Shown: positions 26,919-36,222 of the stretch, one piece after another
Layout of the letters: each line of letters begins with the position of its first letter
How positions within the stretch are numbered: the stretch's first letter is position 1
Sequence record: NC_061446.1
Reading direction: 5' to 3' (one strand)
DNA: 64,000 nucleotides
Program-made: the position numbers and the translations under genes
The notes under the pieces: generated by a model
Databases searched by the model: none
Seen by the model: only the letters and a program-made list of their open reading frames with translations
What the model was told of the DNA's origin: nothing

Positions 26919-26931
26919 GAGGAAGTTAGCA

Positions 26932-27369
26932 ATGAGCGAAATAGATATTCTGATCCGAGAGTTCGAGCGGGCGTATCTCAAGTCACTGGAATCACCTTGG
27001 GGTAACGTTGCATATCACGTTCACGACCTTCACCCTGAGATGAAGAACATCCAACTGTACTTGCGCTTTCGCACTCAGTTTCAATGTCTCTGGAATCGGC
27101 CTGTGTTAGTGCTGTCAACAATCAACGTGACAAATCCAGGGCAAGGCGAGTTCTCGAAGTTACTCGCACGTACCAAAGAGATGTGTCGTCAACGTGACTG
27201 GATTCTGCAAGTCGAAAACGTATTGACGCCGAAGTTCAGAAAGTTTCTACAGCGTGGTGGATTCAAACCATTCGGCATTGATAAAGATGTGCCAATCGGC
27301 AGCCTTTATTGGTTCCACGACGAAACAATCCCGCAGCAATGTGCGATGTACAGGGAGAGGGGCATATGA
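26932..27369 (+). CDS. GNAT-like acetyltransferase
   Basis: LSTINV.NPGQGEFSKLL (acetyl-CoA loop) and KFLQRGGF motif B pattern. Confidence 0.55.
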   Translation: MSEIDILIREFERAYLKSLESPWGNVAYHVHDLHPEMKNIQLYLRFRTQFQCLWNRPVLVLSTINVTNPGQGEFSKLLARTKEMCRQRDWILQVENVLTPKFRKFLQRGGFKPFGIDKDVPIGSLYWFHDETIPQQCAMYRERGI

Positions 27370-27809
27370 CAATCTGGTGGCCAACTATCATATTCTGTCT
27401 AACGCCTCTGCTGGCTTGCTATGCAACTATCCCATGGTTCCGCGCTGCTGTTGATAGACGTTTGCGATTCAAGTCTATGGACTATGATGCCCTGACTGAG
27501 ATCTTCGCCGACGGCATGCCTGAGCGTATGCGCATTGAATGTCTACAGGCAAAGTACAACGCGCATCAAGCGGACCATTCTCATGTGGACATTTACCCAC
27601 ACAAAGAGGGTGTCGCAACTATTCGCTTTCGCGTTGACCCTGAGTTTCCTATTGCGCGTATGTTTCATGACGTGCTGGTGGGCAACTACAACGCGTTAGG
27701 GATCAAAACAAAGAAAGCACCTGTGATAAGCATCAACCAGTCAGTGTATCGTGTGCTTGATTTTGAGTATGACGATCAGTACCTGTTGATTTACGTGAAG
27801 CACAACTAA
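27366..27809 (+). CDS. N-terminally membrane-anchored protein
   Basis: MTIWWPTIIFCLTPLLACYATIPW hydrophobic segment. Confidence 0.7.
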   Translation: MTIWWPTIIFCLTPLLACYATIPWFRAAVDRRLRFKSMDYDALTEIFADGMPERMRIECLQAKYNAHQADHSHVDIYPHKEGVATIRFRVDPEFPIARMFHDVLVGNYNALGIKTKKAPVISINQSVYRVLDFEYDDQYLLIYVKHN

Positions 27810-27818
27810 GGCATTATC

Positions 27819-28118
27819 ATGGTCACCCAACAACAACTCAAAGAGTTTTCTGCATTGCCTTCTTTGGACAGGAAAGTGTTTCTGCGTAGTAAGCAAGTAG
27901 AGATGTTGGGTGCCCTCCCTGAGGTCGAAGCGATAGTTCGTGAGATGTTGTGTCGCGCTGTCGTGGTAGACGTAGCCCAAGCGGAGATGGCACTCCTAGC
28001 AGCACGTCAAATGTGTGAGAGCAAGGACGTCAAGCAAGCCATTGACGAATTACTTCAATTCGCGGCGAAGATACATGATGCCGCAACTGATACCCTTTTT
28101 CTTGGAGATATAGCATGA
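27819..28118 (+). CDS. hypothetical protein
   Basis: 99-aa ORF with SD. Confidence 0.7.
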   Translation: MVTQQQLKEFSALPSLDRKVFLRSKQVEMLGALPEVEAIVREMLCRAVVVDVAQAEMALLAARQMCESKDVKQAIDELLQFAAKIHDAATDTLFLGDIA

Positions 28119-29173
28119 ATACCATTTCTGGCGCAATGATTGACGAAGACGTTCTCGATTGGCTCGACAATTTCAATATGCACAAGCAGAAGAATATCTG
28201 CGAAGCGATTAACCAGCTGGCTTATGCTAACCGCACCGAGCTGTCTATTCCCAATATGGACTCGGACGAAGACATTGCGGCACTGTCTCACTCTGACCTC
28301 TTCAAAATCTTAACGCTGGCCAGCCCGAACTCAAAGTACGATCTCACTCTGTCCAACGTTCAACTGCTTGGTCTGGCAATGAGCGCGATGGGTGTCATTG
28401 AATACAGCATGCCTGAACTGAACAGCCCGATTATGATTGCTCGTAAGTTCGCAGACGCGCATCGCAAAAACATTATCGGCTCTACTGGTGACCGCGATAA
28501 GATCATCAAGGCGCTTAATGAGTGGCTGTGCGGTTTGCGTGATATTGATTTATCGAACGCAGGTACAGACGCAGCACCTGAAACTGCGGGTATGTATCTG
28601 TGTGTAGACGAACACGAACAGATTCGTTACGGCCGCCTGTACCCTAATAGCAGTGAGGGCTGGACGTTCTGTGAGTCGTATGAAGATGGCAGTTCGACTC
28701 TGTGGTATAGCGATAGCACTGAGCATACTGCCGAAGATGATCTGCCTATCACATTGTTGTCTCAATGGGTGCTGGTGGCTGAGTGGCATAGCCGTAACGT
28801 TAAAGCCGCGCAGAAAGCATTGCCTATGGAAGTGCGTGATACCCATCGTATCTTTATGTTCCTGCGCAGTCTCAGCCCGCATGTGAAAGCCGAGCTGGTG
28901 GCACACTTTGCAGGTGTGCTTGACTACAAAGACCCAACATCGGTAGACTCTATTGGTCGTCTGACTGAACACGACTGGCAGATGGCTGCGACAAGTATTG
29001 CAGATGACAGCAAGCTGCCTGAAGGTGCCTCAACATGGAAAGAAGCTACCGCCTGGGTGTGCTTCGTAGCGACGCTTGAATCCCTGGGTTTCAATTTCCA
29101 AACACGTCAGTTTGACCCGCAGTTCGACTATCAGGCAAATGACGACCATCTGGAGGAAGAAGAGGAAGAATGA
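28115..29173 (+). CDS. hypothetical protein with acidic tail
   Basis: 352-aa ORF, GGAG SD. Confidence 0.8.
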   Translation: MNTISGAMIDEDVLDWLDNFNMHKQKNICEAINQLAYANRTELSIPNMDSDEDIAALSHSDLFKILTLASPNSKYDLTLSNVQLLGLAMSAMGVIEYSMPELNSPIMIARKFADAHRKNIIGSTGDRDKIIKALNEWLCGLRDIDLSNAGTDAAPETAGMYLCVDEHEQIRYGRLYPNSSEGWTFCESYEDGSSTLWYSDSTEHTAEDDLPITLLSQWVLVAEWHSRNVKAAQKALPMEVRDTHRIFMFLRSLSPHVKAELVAHFAGVLDYKDPTSVDSIGRLTEHDWQMAATSIADDSKLPEGASTWKEATAWVCFVATLESLGFNFQTRQFDPQFDYQANDDHLEEEEEE

Positions 29174-29376
29174 ACAGACGAATGATCGCTTTGCTTGCGC
29201 TGGTGATCTTCTGCTTGGTGGGAGCAGTTGCTTCCGCCGAAGCAGCAAACCACTACAACATTATGTTGTGCCTTGGCCTGACACTTATGTTTCTGGCAGG
29301 CTTCTTTATCTGTGTAGAATGTTTCCGTAAGACTTCATGGGAACAACAAAACAAAAAGGACAAAAAGAATGGCTAA
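29170..29376 (+). CDS. small two-TM membrane protein
   Basis: Two hydrophobic segments and a basic tail. Confidence 0.7.
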   Translation: MNRRMIALLALVIFCLVGAVASAEAANHYNIMLCLGLTLMFLAGFFICVECFRKTSWEQQNKKDKKNG

Positions 29377-29902
29377 ATCACTCGGCGTTTACCTGACGTA
29401 TATTCTGCGTCATAAGCCGCAGGACATTGGTATCGCTATGGACACGCAAGGCTGGGTGTCTGTCTCTGACCTGTTAGAGAAAGCGAAGTATGTTAAGCCG
29501 GTCACTCTCGATATGCTAATCGCAGAAGTAGACGCAGACGAGAAGGGTCGCTTTGAGTTCAATCGTGACCGGACAAAGATTCGCTGTGTTCAGGGGCACT
29601 CGGTCGAGCATGTTATCATCAACATGGAAGAATGGACTGAGCTGGCTCCGCTGTACCATGGCACGGCAGAAAAGAACGTGTCGTCAATCATGCACGAAGG
29701 TATTCTGAAACGCAAACGCAAGCACGTCCATATCAGCAACGACATTGAGACGGCACAACGTGTTGGTCAACGTCATGGTGAGCCTGTTGTGTTTGAGATT
29801 GACGCTCAGGCCATGATCACTCACGGCTACAAGTTCTACCGCGCAGAAAACGGTGTCATCCTAACTGACCACGTACCGTCCCGCTATATCAAGTTGGTGT
29901 AG
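29369..29902 (+). CDS. kptA: RNA 2'-phosphotransferase, KptA/Tpt1 family
   Basis: LTYILRHKP, GWV, KGRFE, IRCVQGHS, LYHGT, KHVHIS and GQRHG..V motifs. Confidence 0.93.
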   Translation: MAKSLGVYLTYILRHKPQDIGIAMDTQGWVSVSDLLEKAKYVKPVTLDMLIAEVDADEKGRFEFNRDRTKIRCVQGHSVEHVIINMEEWTELAPLYHGTAEKNVSSIMHEGILKRKRKHVHISNDIETAQRVGQRHGEPVVFEIDAQAMITHGYKFYRAENGVILTDHVPSRYIKLV

Positions 29903-29904
29903 TT

Positions 29905-30306
29905 ATGGAAAAGACGTACATGAGTCATTGGGGATCGCGCTATGTGCGGTCGTCATCGGGCCGGTGGTTCTCAGTTCATGGGCGTGAAGGAACAATGGTG
30001 ACCAATCGGTATGGAACTACGTTCTACCGTAGCGGTTCAGAAGTGTGGCGCGACATAACCAAAGGGTGGGAGATAGCTCTGGAGCGCGAACTGCATAGTC
30101 GAACTCGAAAGGACTTTGAGGCTATTAATGAGAAGTTCCTTCACTGGGGTAAGATAGTCAGAACGATGATTGAGCAGGGGATTACAGAGAACAACTCACA
30201 TACTCAAGACTTAGCTGAGATGCTTGAGGCGCTGCGCATCAAATCTTACGGCCCCAAAATCGAGCAACTACGCATAATACTGGATGAAACAGCCATTAAA
30301 AGCTGA
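29905..30306 (+). CDS. hypothetical protein
   Basis: 133-aa ORF. Confidence 0.7.
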   Translation: MEKTYMSHWGSRYVRSSSGRWFSVHGREGTMVTNRYGTTFYRSGSEVWRDITKGWEIALERELHSRTRKDFEAINEKFLHWGKIVRTMIEQGITENNSHTQDLAEMLEALRIKSYGPKIEQLRIILDETAIKS

Positions 30307-30324
30307 GTCTGATTGTGTTATAAT
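30274..30324 (+). promoter_or_regulatory. early-type sigma70 promoter with upstream box, embedded in a gene end
   Basis: ATAATACTGGATGAAA-N6-TTAAAA-N17-TATAAT (TGn). Confidence 0.7.
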
Positions 30325-30367
30325 AGAGATGAACGCTAGACATTCGTTTAGCTACTTACATGAGGAT

Positions 30368-30709
30368 ATGTATATGAAAAAGTCAAAAGTTAAAGCAGAA
30401 GCTGTGGCACCTACCATTGAAGGCCGCCCATTCACTTTGTACAACACCTCGCCTATTCCTGATGAATCGACAACACCATTCGCTGATCGTGATACATTTC
30501 TTCCTATGCTGCGTAAAGTTCAGGACGCTGCTCAACTGGAACGCATTCGTGGTTTATCCTGCTGTCCGTATTGCCGTGAGACAATGATGCTTGGTGAATA
30601 CACCAAAGACAACTGGCTCTGGTCATACTGCTATCAGCACATGATTGAACACCACAACGTAACGCCGTCCGCAGAATTTATTGCTTACGTCGAAGCTGCT
30701 TCCAAGTAA
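30368..30709 (+). CDS. hypothetical zinc-ribbon-type protein
   Basis: GLSCCPYC...H motif, TGAGGA SD. Confidence 0.7.
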   Translation: MYMKKSKVKAEAVAPTIEGRPFTLYNTSPIPDESTTPFADRDTFLPMLRKVQDAAQLERIRGLSCCPYCRETMMLGEYTKDNWLWSYCYQHMIEHHNVTPSAEFIAYVEAASK

Positions 30710-30729
30710 CCTGAAATTTAGCTGAGGAT

Positions 30730-32142
30730 ATGTACATGAAAAAGATTAAACACACCTTCCGCCTGACTGACTTGGTTCGTATTACCGATGAACTTCCTTC
30801 GACCAAGAGCGCTTTCACTTCTGGTGAAGATGCAATTGTTGTTGGTCGTGATGAAACAGAAGATAAGTATAAACTTCACATCAAGCATGAAGGCGAATGT
30901 GCTTGGTATCACGCCGAGCACCTGACGCTTATCAAACACAACCAGAGCGAATTGCTCGACAAGTGGGAAGCTGGTAAGTATGGCAAGAAGAAAAAGAAAG
31001 AGCGCAAGATTCCTGACGAACTGCGCAACTTCACTGCTATTCTGCCTGTGACCTGTAACGCTGATTGCTCTTTCTGTCCTGAGAAAGAGATGGAGAATAA
31101 GGCTGATCAGAAAGCATGGTTAAACAATCTGATTGCGGCAATCAAGGCACACGGCCATCGCGTTGATCACGTATCAATCTCTGGTGGTGAGCCTACACTT
31201 CGCATGAAGTACCTGTTCGAAACGGTCGACCGCATTCGTAAAGAGACAGGTATGCGTAAAGTGGGTCTGACGTCTAACGGTCAGTTCCTTGAGAAGCACA
31301 ACCAGACGATGACGTTCCTTGATCTTAACACGGACGAGATGCTGGAAAGCAAACTGTCGCATTTGAATATCAGTATGCACTCGTTTGATCGTGAGAAAGC
31401 AAACAAGATCATGGGCGTCAAGTATACGTGGACGATTGAAGACCTCGTTCGCTTCCGTCGTCAGTTAGGCCGCAAGCTGAGTTTTCACATCAACTTCGTT
31501 ATCAACAAAGAGAACATCGACAACATCGAGTGGGAGTTCCATCAGGCAAACGAACTGATGAAAGCAAACCCGTGGATTGATGTTGTGTTTCGTGTAGATT
31601 ACGACAACAAGAAGCTGAGTAAAGAATTGCGCAAGTACGGTATGGCCCACGAAGAATACCGTAATGCCACGCGTGGATCAATCGGGGAGGCTAAAGAAGC
31701 AGAGAAGAAGTTGAAGAAGAAACCAAAGCTGGTGGAGTTGTTTGACTCCATATTCGACGGCAGTTTCTACGATGACCTGACCGAAGAAACTATGCCTGGC
31801 TTTGACGACACGTTCACTACTGGCTGCCCGTCATGCTTCACGCACCGTAGCACCGACCTCAATAATAGCTTCGCTTACCTGAAAGCATCTTCATATGAAC
31901 CGAATGAAGATGAAGAAGAATATACCGAGATGGTGTTTCATATGGACGGCAACCTTTACTTCGACTGGTCACGCAAAGAGCCTGTGCCAGAAGTGAAAGT
32001 GAAGAAAGCCAAACCCGTCAAAGTGAAGAAAGCGAAGAAAGCGGAGCCACAAGGCTATCCAGATAGCTGTAACTTCGGTTCTTCTCGTTGTGGATTTACT
32101 GGCGGTAACGGACGTTGTGGTTTCGGTAGTGGTATGTGCTGA
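30730..32142 (+). CDS. radical SAM enzyme with N-terminal SH3-like domain and C-terminal Cys/Gly tail
   Basis: CNADCSFC, SISGGEPT, LTSNG, NISMHS and HINFVINKEN motifs. Confidence 0.9.
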   Translation: MYMKKIKHTFRLTDLVRITDELPSTKSAFTSGEDAIVVGRDETEDKYKLHIKHEGECAWYHAEHLTLIKHNQSELLDKWEAGKYGKKKKKERKIPDELRNFTAILPVTCNADCSFCPEKEMENKADQKAWLNNLIAAIKAHGHRVDHVSISGGEPTLRMKYLFETVDRIRKETGMRKVGLTSNGQFLEKHNQTMTFLDLNTDEMLESKLSHLNISMHSFDREKANKIMGVKYTWTIEDLVRFRRQLGRKLSFHINFVINKENIDNIEWEFHQANELMKANPWIDVVFRVDYDNKKLSKELRKYGMAHEEYRNATRGSIGEAKEAEKKLKKKPKLVELFDSIFDGSFYDDLTEETMPGFDDTFTTGCPSCFTHRSTDLNNSFAYLKASSYEPNEDEEEYTEMVFHMDGNLYFDWSRKEPVPEVKVKKAKPVKVKKAKKAEPQGYPDSCNFGSSRCGFTGGNGRCGFGSGMC

Positions 32143-32155
32143 TAAGGAAAACTAA

Positions 32156-32761
32156 ATGGCCACTCAATTAGAAGTAAACAAGTTTATGGCCGAGTTTGAA
32201 AAGAAATTCGGTCTGTCTATCCCGTTGCTTGCTCAAGACGAGTTCTTTGAGGATGTTCTTGAACGTGCAAATCTCGCCAACTTCATTGATTGCTTAAACG
32301 ATGAATCTCTTCTTGAGATGTTCGTTGAGGAAGACGAGCCTGACCCGCTCAGCGGTGTTGAGTTCGTCGAAAAAGAACTTGATCGAATCGCAGAGGAACT
32401 AGACTCGGATCATGGCTTCCGTGTTTTGCGTGTTGCATTTGCCAACTGGCCTGGTACAATCAAGGATATTGAAACTTTGATGATCTCAGTTATGGACGAC
32501 ATGGATCTTCTCGATGATCACCCTGACGTTATCGTTGAGCCTACTGTGGATATTGCACTGAAAGCCGACGAACTGAAAACACTGTTCTCTGTAGTTCAAG
32601 AGTATACCGGTTCAGAATCGCTTCGTCTGTACTCGATGCTTATCGTTCGCAAGCTGGAACGTTTTGCTACGGGCCGTCCGGTGCCTGAGAAGTTTGCGCG
32701 ACTCGATCAGACCAGCAGCGAGCATGAACTCAAGGCAGCACTTGCCGAGCTTGGAGAATAA
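32156..32761 (+). CDS. acidic hypothetical protein
   Basis: AAGGA SD, 201 aa. Confidence 0.75.
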   Translation: MATQLEVNKFMAEFEKKFGLSIPLLAQDEFFEDVLERANLANFIDCLNDESLLEMFVEEDEPDPLSGVEFVEKELDRIAEELDSDHGFRVLRVAFANWPGTIKDIETLMISVMDDMDLLDDHPDVIVEPTVDIALKADELKTLFSVVQEYTGSESLRLYSMLIVRKLERFATGRPVPEKFARLDQTSSEHELKAALAELGE

Positions 32762-32762
32762 C

Positions 32763-33119
32763 ATGACGCGTAACTATTACTATGACAGCCCTTTCTTCTA
32801 CGGGCTTATCGTGTGGCGTAGACGCCTAGCTGTTGTCTGCGCAATGCTGATTGCTATTCTCGTCATTCATGGACGTACACCACCTGCTGTAGAAGATATG
32901 TGGTTCTGGACAGGCATCATCTTCGGTATCGTTGGCGGCATCTGCTATATTCGCATGTGGTCTTATGAACAATATCTGCTTGCTGCGATGGGCCCGCTTG
33001 ATAACAACACTGTTGTCGGTTCATTGAACTTCGATAAGATCGAGCGCAAACATGCAATCTGGTACGAGAAGAAATTTGGCCACAAGCCGCCTAAAACTAA
33101 CACATGGAGTATCGACTAA
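32763..33119 (+). CDS. two-TM membrane protein
   Basis: GGAG SD, two hydrophobic helices. Confidence 0.75.
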   Translation: MTRNYYYDSPFFYGLIVWRRRLAVVCAMLIAILVIHGRTPPAVEDMWFWTGIIFGIVGGICYIRMWSYEQYLLAAMGPLDNNTVVGSLNFDKIERKHAIWYEKKFGHKPPKTNTWSID

Positions 33120-33586
33120 TGCCACGCATGTTTACTGATACACACCGCAAGAAATACTTTCGTCGCGCTGAGGACCCGCAGTATCACGGACATAAGTGCG
33201 AGGGAATCTATCGTGAAGCGATGGACACGCTACAGAAGTTGCACTACTACAAGCAGGCTATCGGTGCGATGCGTATGCGCGAGCGTATGACTGTAAATAC
33301 GTCTCGAAAGTTTCAAGAGTGGGAACGTCTCGGTACTTTGATTAAGGGCAACCCGAGTTACGAGGAGTTGCGTTCAGAGGTCAACCTGTGTGCGTTCAGA
33401 CTCAAGCGTCTTCGCATTGAATATACCGAAGAGCATTCACGACGACACAATCAACCATTGAGTTTTGAAGTGAGAGATGCGGACAACAATCGCGTTGATG
33501 TGTTCGTAACCCACGAAGCAGCGAGATACTGCAAACTGCATTCCGGTCTCGGTGCAAACATCATTCGTTATGAGGAACAGAAATAA
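33119..33586 (+). CDS. hypothetical basic protein
   Basis: TAATG coupling, GGAG SD. Confidence 0.75.
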   Translation: MPRMFTDTHRKKYFRRAEDPQYHGHKCEGIYREAMDTLQKLHYYKQAIGAMRMRERMTVNTSRKFQEWERLGTLIKGNPSYEELRSEVNLCAFRLKRLRIEYTEEHSRRHNQPLSFEVRDADNNRVDVFVTHEAARYCKLHSGLGANIIRYEEQK

Positions 33587-33587
33587 A

Positions 33588-33851
33588 ATGGCCGTAGGCT
33601 TTGTGAAAGATGATGGCGTAAACGATACCATCGAAACAAACGTAATGAACGAGATTGACCGCGCTCGTTCTGAACTTCAAGGCGTAGGTTCTGATTACTG
33701 CGTCAACCCTGACTGCGGTGAAAAGATTCCTGTGATGCGCAAGCTCGCTATGCCGAATGCGCGTTACTGCATTAACTGTCAGGCAAGTCATGATGGTTCT
33801 GCCCATGCAGGCTATAATCGTCGCGGCTCCAAAGATTCTCAACTGAGGTAG
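33588..33851 (+). CDS. ybiI: DksA/TraR-family C4 zinc-finger protein, YbiI homologue
   Basis: C..DCGEKIP..R..AMP..RYCINCQ finger. C-terminus GYNRRGSKDSQLR as in enterobacterial YbiI. Confidence 0.9.
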   Translation: MAVGFVKDDGVNDTIETNVMNEIDRARSELQGVGSDYCVNPDCGEKIPVMRKLAMPNARYCINCQASHDGSAHAGYNRRGSKDSQLR

Positions 33852-33853
33852 TT

Positions 33854-34078
33854 ATGGATATTAAAGCTAACCCGGAAGTGACATACACGCTCGAAGCATT
33901 CCTTCCTGCTTCGGGCAACTGGTCGTCTATTAAGTCTGGCATTAAAGAAGAGATTGAGATCTCTGAACTGTTAGGCCAGTTGAAGATTGATCCGAAGTGC
34001 CCACGCAGTCCCGCCACTGCGTTTCGTATGGTGAAAGTGACGCGTGACGTCGTTCAATTCATGGGGATAGACAAATGA
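33854..34078 (+). CDS. hypothetical protein
   Basis: GAGG SD, 74 aa. Confidence 0.7.
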   Translation: MDIKANPEVTYTLEAFLPASGNWSSIKSGIKEEIEISELLGQLKIDPKCPRSPATAFRMVKVTRDVVQFMGIDK

Positions 34079-34215
34079 GCGATGAATGCAAAGAACCGTA
34101 CTCGCGCTGCTCTGATTGCCGTACACCTCTAGCAGAAGATGAAGTGTATGGCGAATGGGATGACCTGTGTGAAAATTGCTCCGCTGATCGTGAAGACGAA
34201 GGCGAATCAACCTAA
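34075..34215 (+). CDS. 46-aa acidic zinc-ribbon microprotein (below the ORF-track cutoff)
   Basis: MSDECKEPYSRCSDCRTPLAEDEVYGEWDDLCENCSADREDEGEST. ATGA overlap, CxxC x2. Confidence 0.7.
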   Translation: MSDECKEPYSRCSDCRTPLAEDEVYGEWDDLCENCSADREDEGEST

Positions 34216-34228
34216 ATAGGAGAGCACT

Positions 34229-34870
34229 GTGGATAGTATCATTCAATTCCTCATGGACGAGGACGAAGTGCAAGACGCACTTACTGCATATCGCACTGAC
34301 CCTACTGACGAGAGCAAGCGTCGTGTGATTGAAACGATTCTTGCTGAACGCAAAACAGCAAAACGTATTGAGCCTGATTCTCCTGTAGTTAAGCCTAAGC
34401 CTGTTCATCGGTATGTGCTTATACCGAACGTCACAACAATACACAAAGAAAATGTGACGAGAAACACTGGCAAAGGCGTTTCTACTCTTTCGCGCAACAT
34501 AGACCCAGAACGCAAGTCAATTGCGGCACTTGCTCGACGCGCTGCTGATCGCATTCATGAGCTTGGCGGATCTGCTGTCTACGTTCGCTTTGACTTTGAC
34601 GAATGGCAGGCGCTGTTTGAGAACGAAGGTCATGTTGGCACAGTCAACATGTTCAACAATATCCAAGAGTACGATGACTTGGATAAGATTGCCGATGTGC
34701 TAAATACTTTTATTGCGCGTGTGGGTAATGTAGATAGCCCTGAGTATGCTGCAAAACTTTTGCGTAAGATGTACGCTGTAGCGCAAGGCAAGATTGACGA
34801 TACTATCGGTAAGTCAATCATTCGCATGGTAGATACGTCAGGCACCAAGAACGTGCCCAGCGTACTGTAA
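34229..34870 (+). CDS. hypothetical protein
   Basis: AGGAG SD, GTG start. Confidence 0.8.
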   Translation: MDSIIQFLMDEDEVQDALTAYRTDPTDESKRRVIETILAERKTAKRIEPDSPVVKPKPVHRYVLIPNVTTIHKENVTRNTGKGVSTLSRNIDPERKSIAALARRAADRIHELGGSAVYVRFDFDEWQALFENEGHVGTVNMFNNIQEYDDLDKIADVLNTFIARVGNVDSPEYAAKLLRKMYAVAQGKIDDTIGKSIIRMVDTSGTKNVPSVL

Positions 34871-34903
34871 AGAACAAACAGTCGAATAACGAGGACAATA
34901 AAA

Positions 34904-35263
34904 ATGATCAGACAAGTTCCTATCAGAATCTCCAGCAAAGAGCCTAACACTTCAATCGAAGAAGTTGCTCTTGTTCGCGGCTTCAAAAACTACACCGTTG
35001 TTGTTCGCGGTCCGTGGCGTCTTATTCGTTGTACCGATACTGTTGACCTCAAAGTCGTGCTTATCGGTCCTTACGACGTAATGCCAAACATTACAGGCTA
35101 CGAGATTCTGACCTCTGCCGGTTTCTCGTCAGTCGATGCTGCGTTAGCTCTTGGTGCAAAACACTATGAAGTTAAGACGTGGCAGAAGCAACAACGCGCT
35201 CGCCTGAAAGCAGCAAAAGCACAACCGCGCCTCGGCCGTACTAACGCACTCGATGATCTTTAA
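34904..35263 (+). CDS. hypothetical protein
   Basis: GAGGA SD. Confidence 0.75.
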   Translation: MIRQVPIRISSKEPNTSIEEVALVRGFKNYTVVVRGPWRLIRCTDTVDLKVVLIGPYDVMPNITGYEILTSAGFSSVDAALALGAKHYEVKTWQKQQRARLKAAKAQPRLGRTNALDDL

Positions 35264-35273
35264 GGAGCAAACA

Positions 35274-36044
35274 ATGAAACAGTTATTCGTAGGCAGTCAC
35301 CCGAACACCGTGAAATTCTCTGACCTCGATGGACGTGATCGCGTCTGTGAGATTCGTGTCATGATCGCCAACGCGTACACTACTCTGCGTGATGCTATCG
35401 GCGAACAGGCCAAAAACGAAACGAATACCTTCCACGGACCGTGGTTAGTGTTTCGCAATCTCATGAACGAACACCCGGCAGCGTGTCTGGAAGAATATCG
35501 TCATGCTGCAATCTACTTCGACGCAGACACTGAAGGCCAGATTACTGAAATCTGCGATCTGATTGAACAGCACATCGAACTGACCCGTCAGGCTCTTAGT
35601 CTGAAAGGCGTTCATCAACATCAGGCCGATGTAATGATCGGTATCTCAAGCACTGCCGGTAAGATGGAAACAACTGTGATGCGGGGCCTGGGTAAAACGC
35701 GCGGCAACAACCCGCATCTGATCATGGCCGATAGCGTTCGCAAGTATATCGAGCTGACCGCTGAGAAAGAATCAGTGTTTGCTTTCTGCGTTCTGCTGAC
35801 CAAGAAGTTGAAGTCAGATTGCTATGACCGTTACGAAGATATGACTCAGGAAGAAATGATTGAGTGTGTACACGGTCTTATTCTCGCTTCGTCCCAGAGC
35901 GTGAAGTGCATCCGCGAACACGTCGAGTCTGCCGCTAACGAACTCTCTATGACGTATGCGCAGTTCGTTGCCGACGTTAACTCTGACTTCGACGCAGAAG
36001 ATGATCAGGCGGCTGACGATGAAAACTACGCTCTCCGCAATTAA
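35274..36044 (+). CDS. hypothetical protein
   Basis: AAGGAG SD before ATG 35274. Confidence 0.8.
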   Translation: MKQLFVGSHPNTVKFSDLDGRDRVCEIRVMIANAYTTLRDAIGEQAKNETNTFHGPWLVFRNLMNEHPAACLEEYRHAAIYFDADTEGQITEICDLIEQHIELTRQALSLKGVHQHQADVMIGISSTAGKMETTVMRGLGKTRGNNPHLIMADSVRKYIELTAEKESVFAFCVLLTKKLKSDCYDRYEDMTQEEMIECVHGLILASSQSVKCIREHVESAANELSMTYAQFVADVNSDFDAEDDQAADDENYALRN

Positions 36045-36222
36045 ACGTTACTGGCGCGAAGCCCTGATACTTGTCACGTTGCTTGTCATTGCTATCGCGC
36101 TTCCTTATTTCGAAGTACGCAGTCCTGCATTAACCATGCTGGTGACTGTTATTGTTGCTGCGTACTTCTTTGCTACTTGGGCATGTAAACCGCGTTACGG
36201 AGATAACAGTGAAAAAGAATGA
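36019..36222 (+). CDS. small two-TM membrane protein
   Basis: Two hydrophobic segments. Confidence 0.65.
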   Translation: MKTTLSAIKRYWREALILVTLLVIAIALPYFEVRSPALTMLVTVIVAAYFFATWACKPRYGDNSEKE

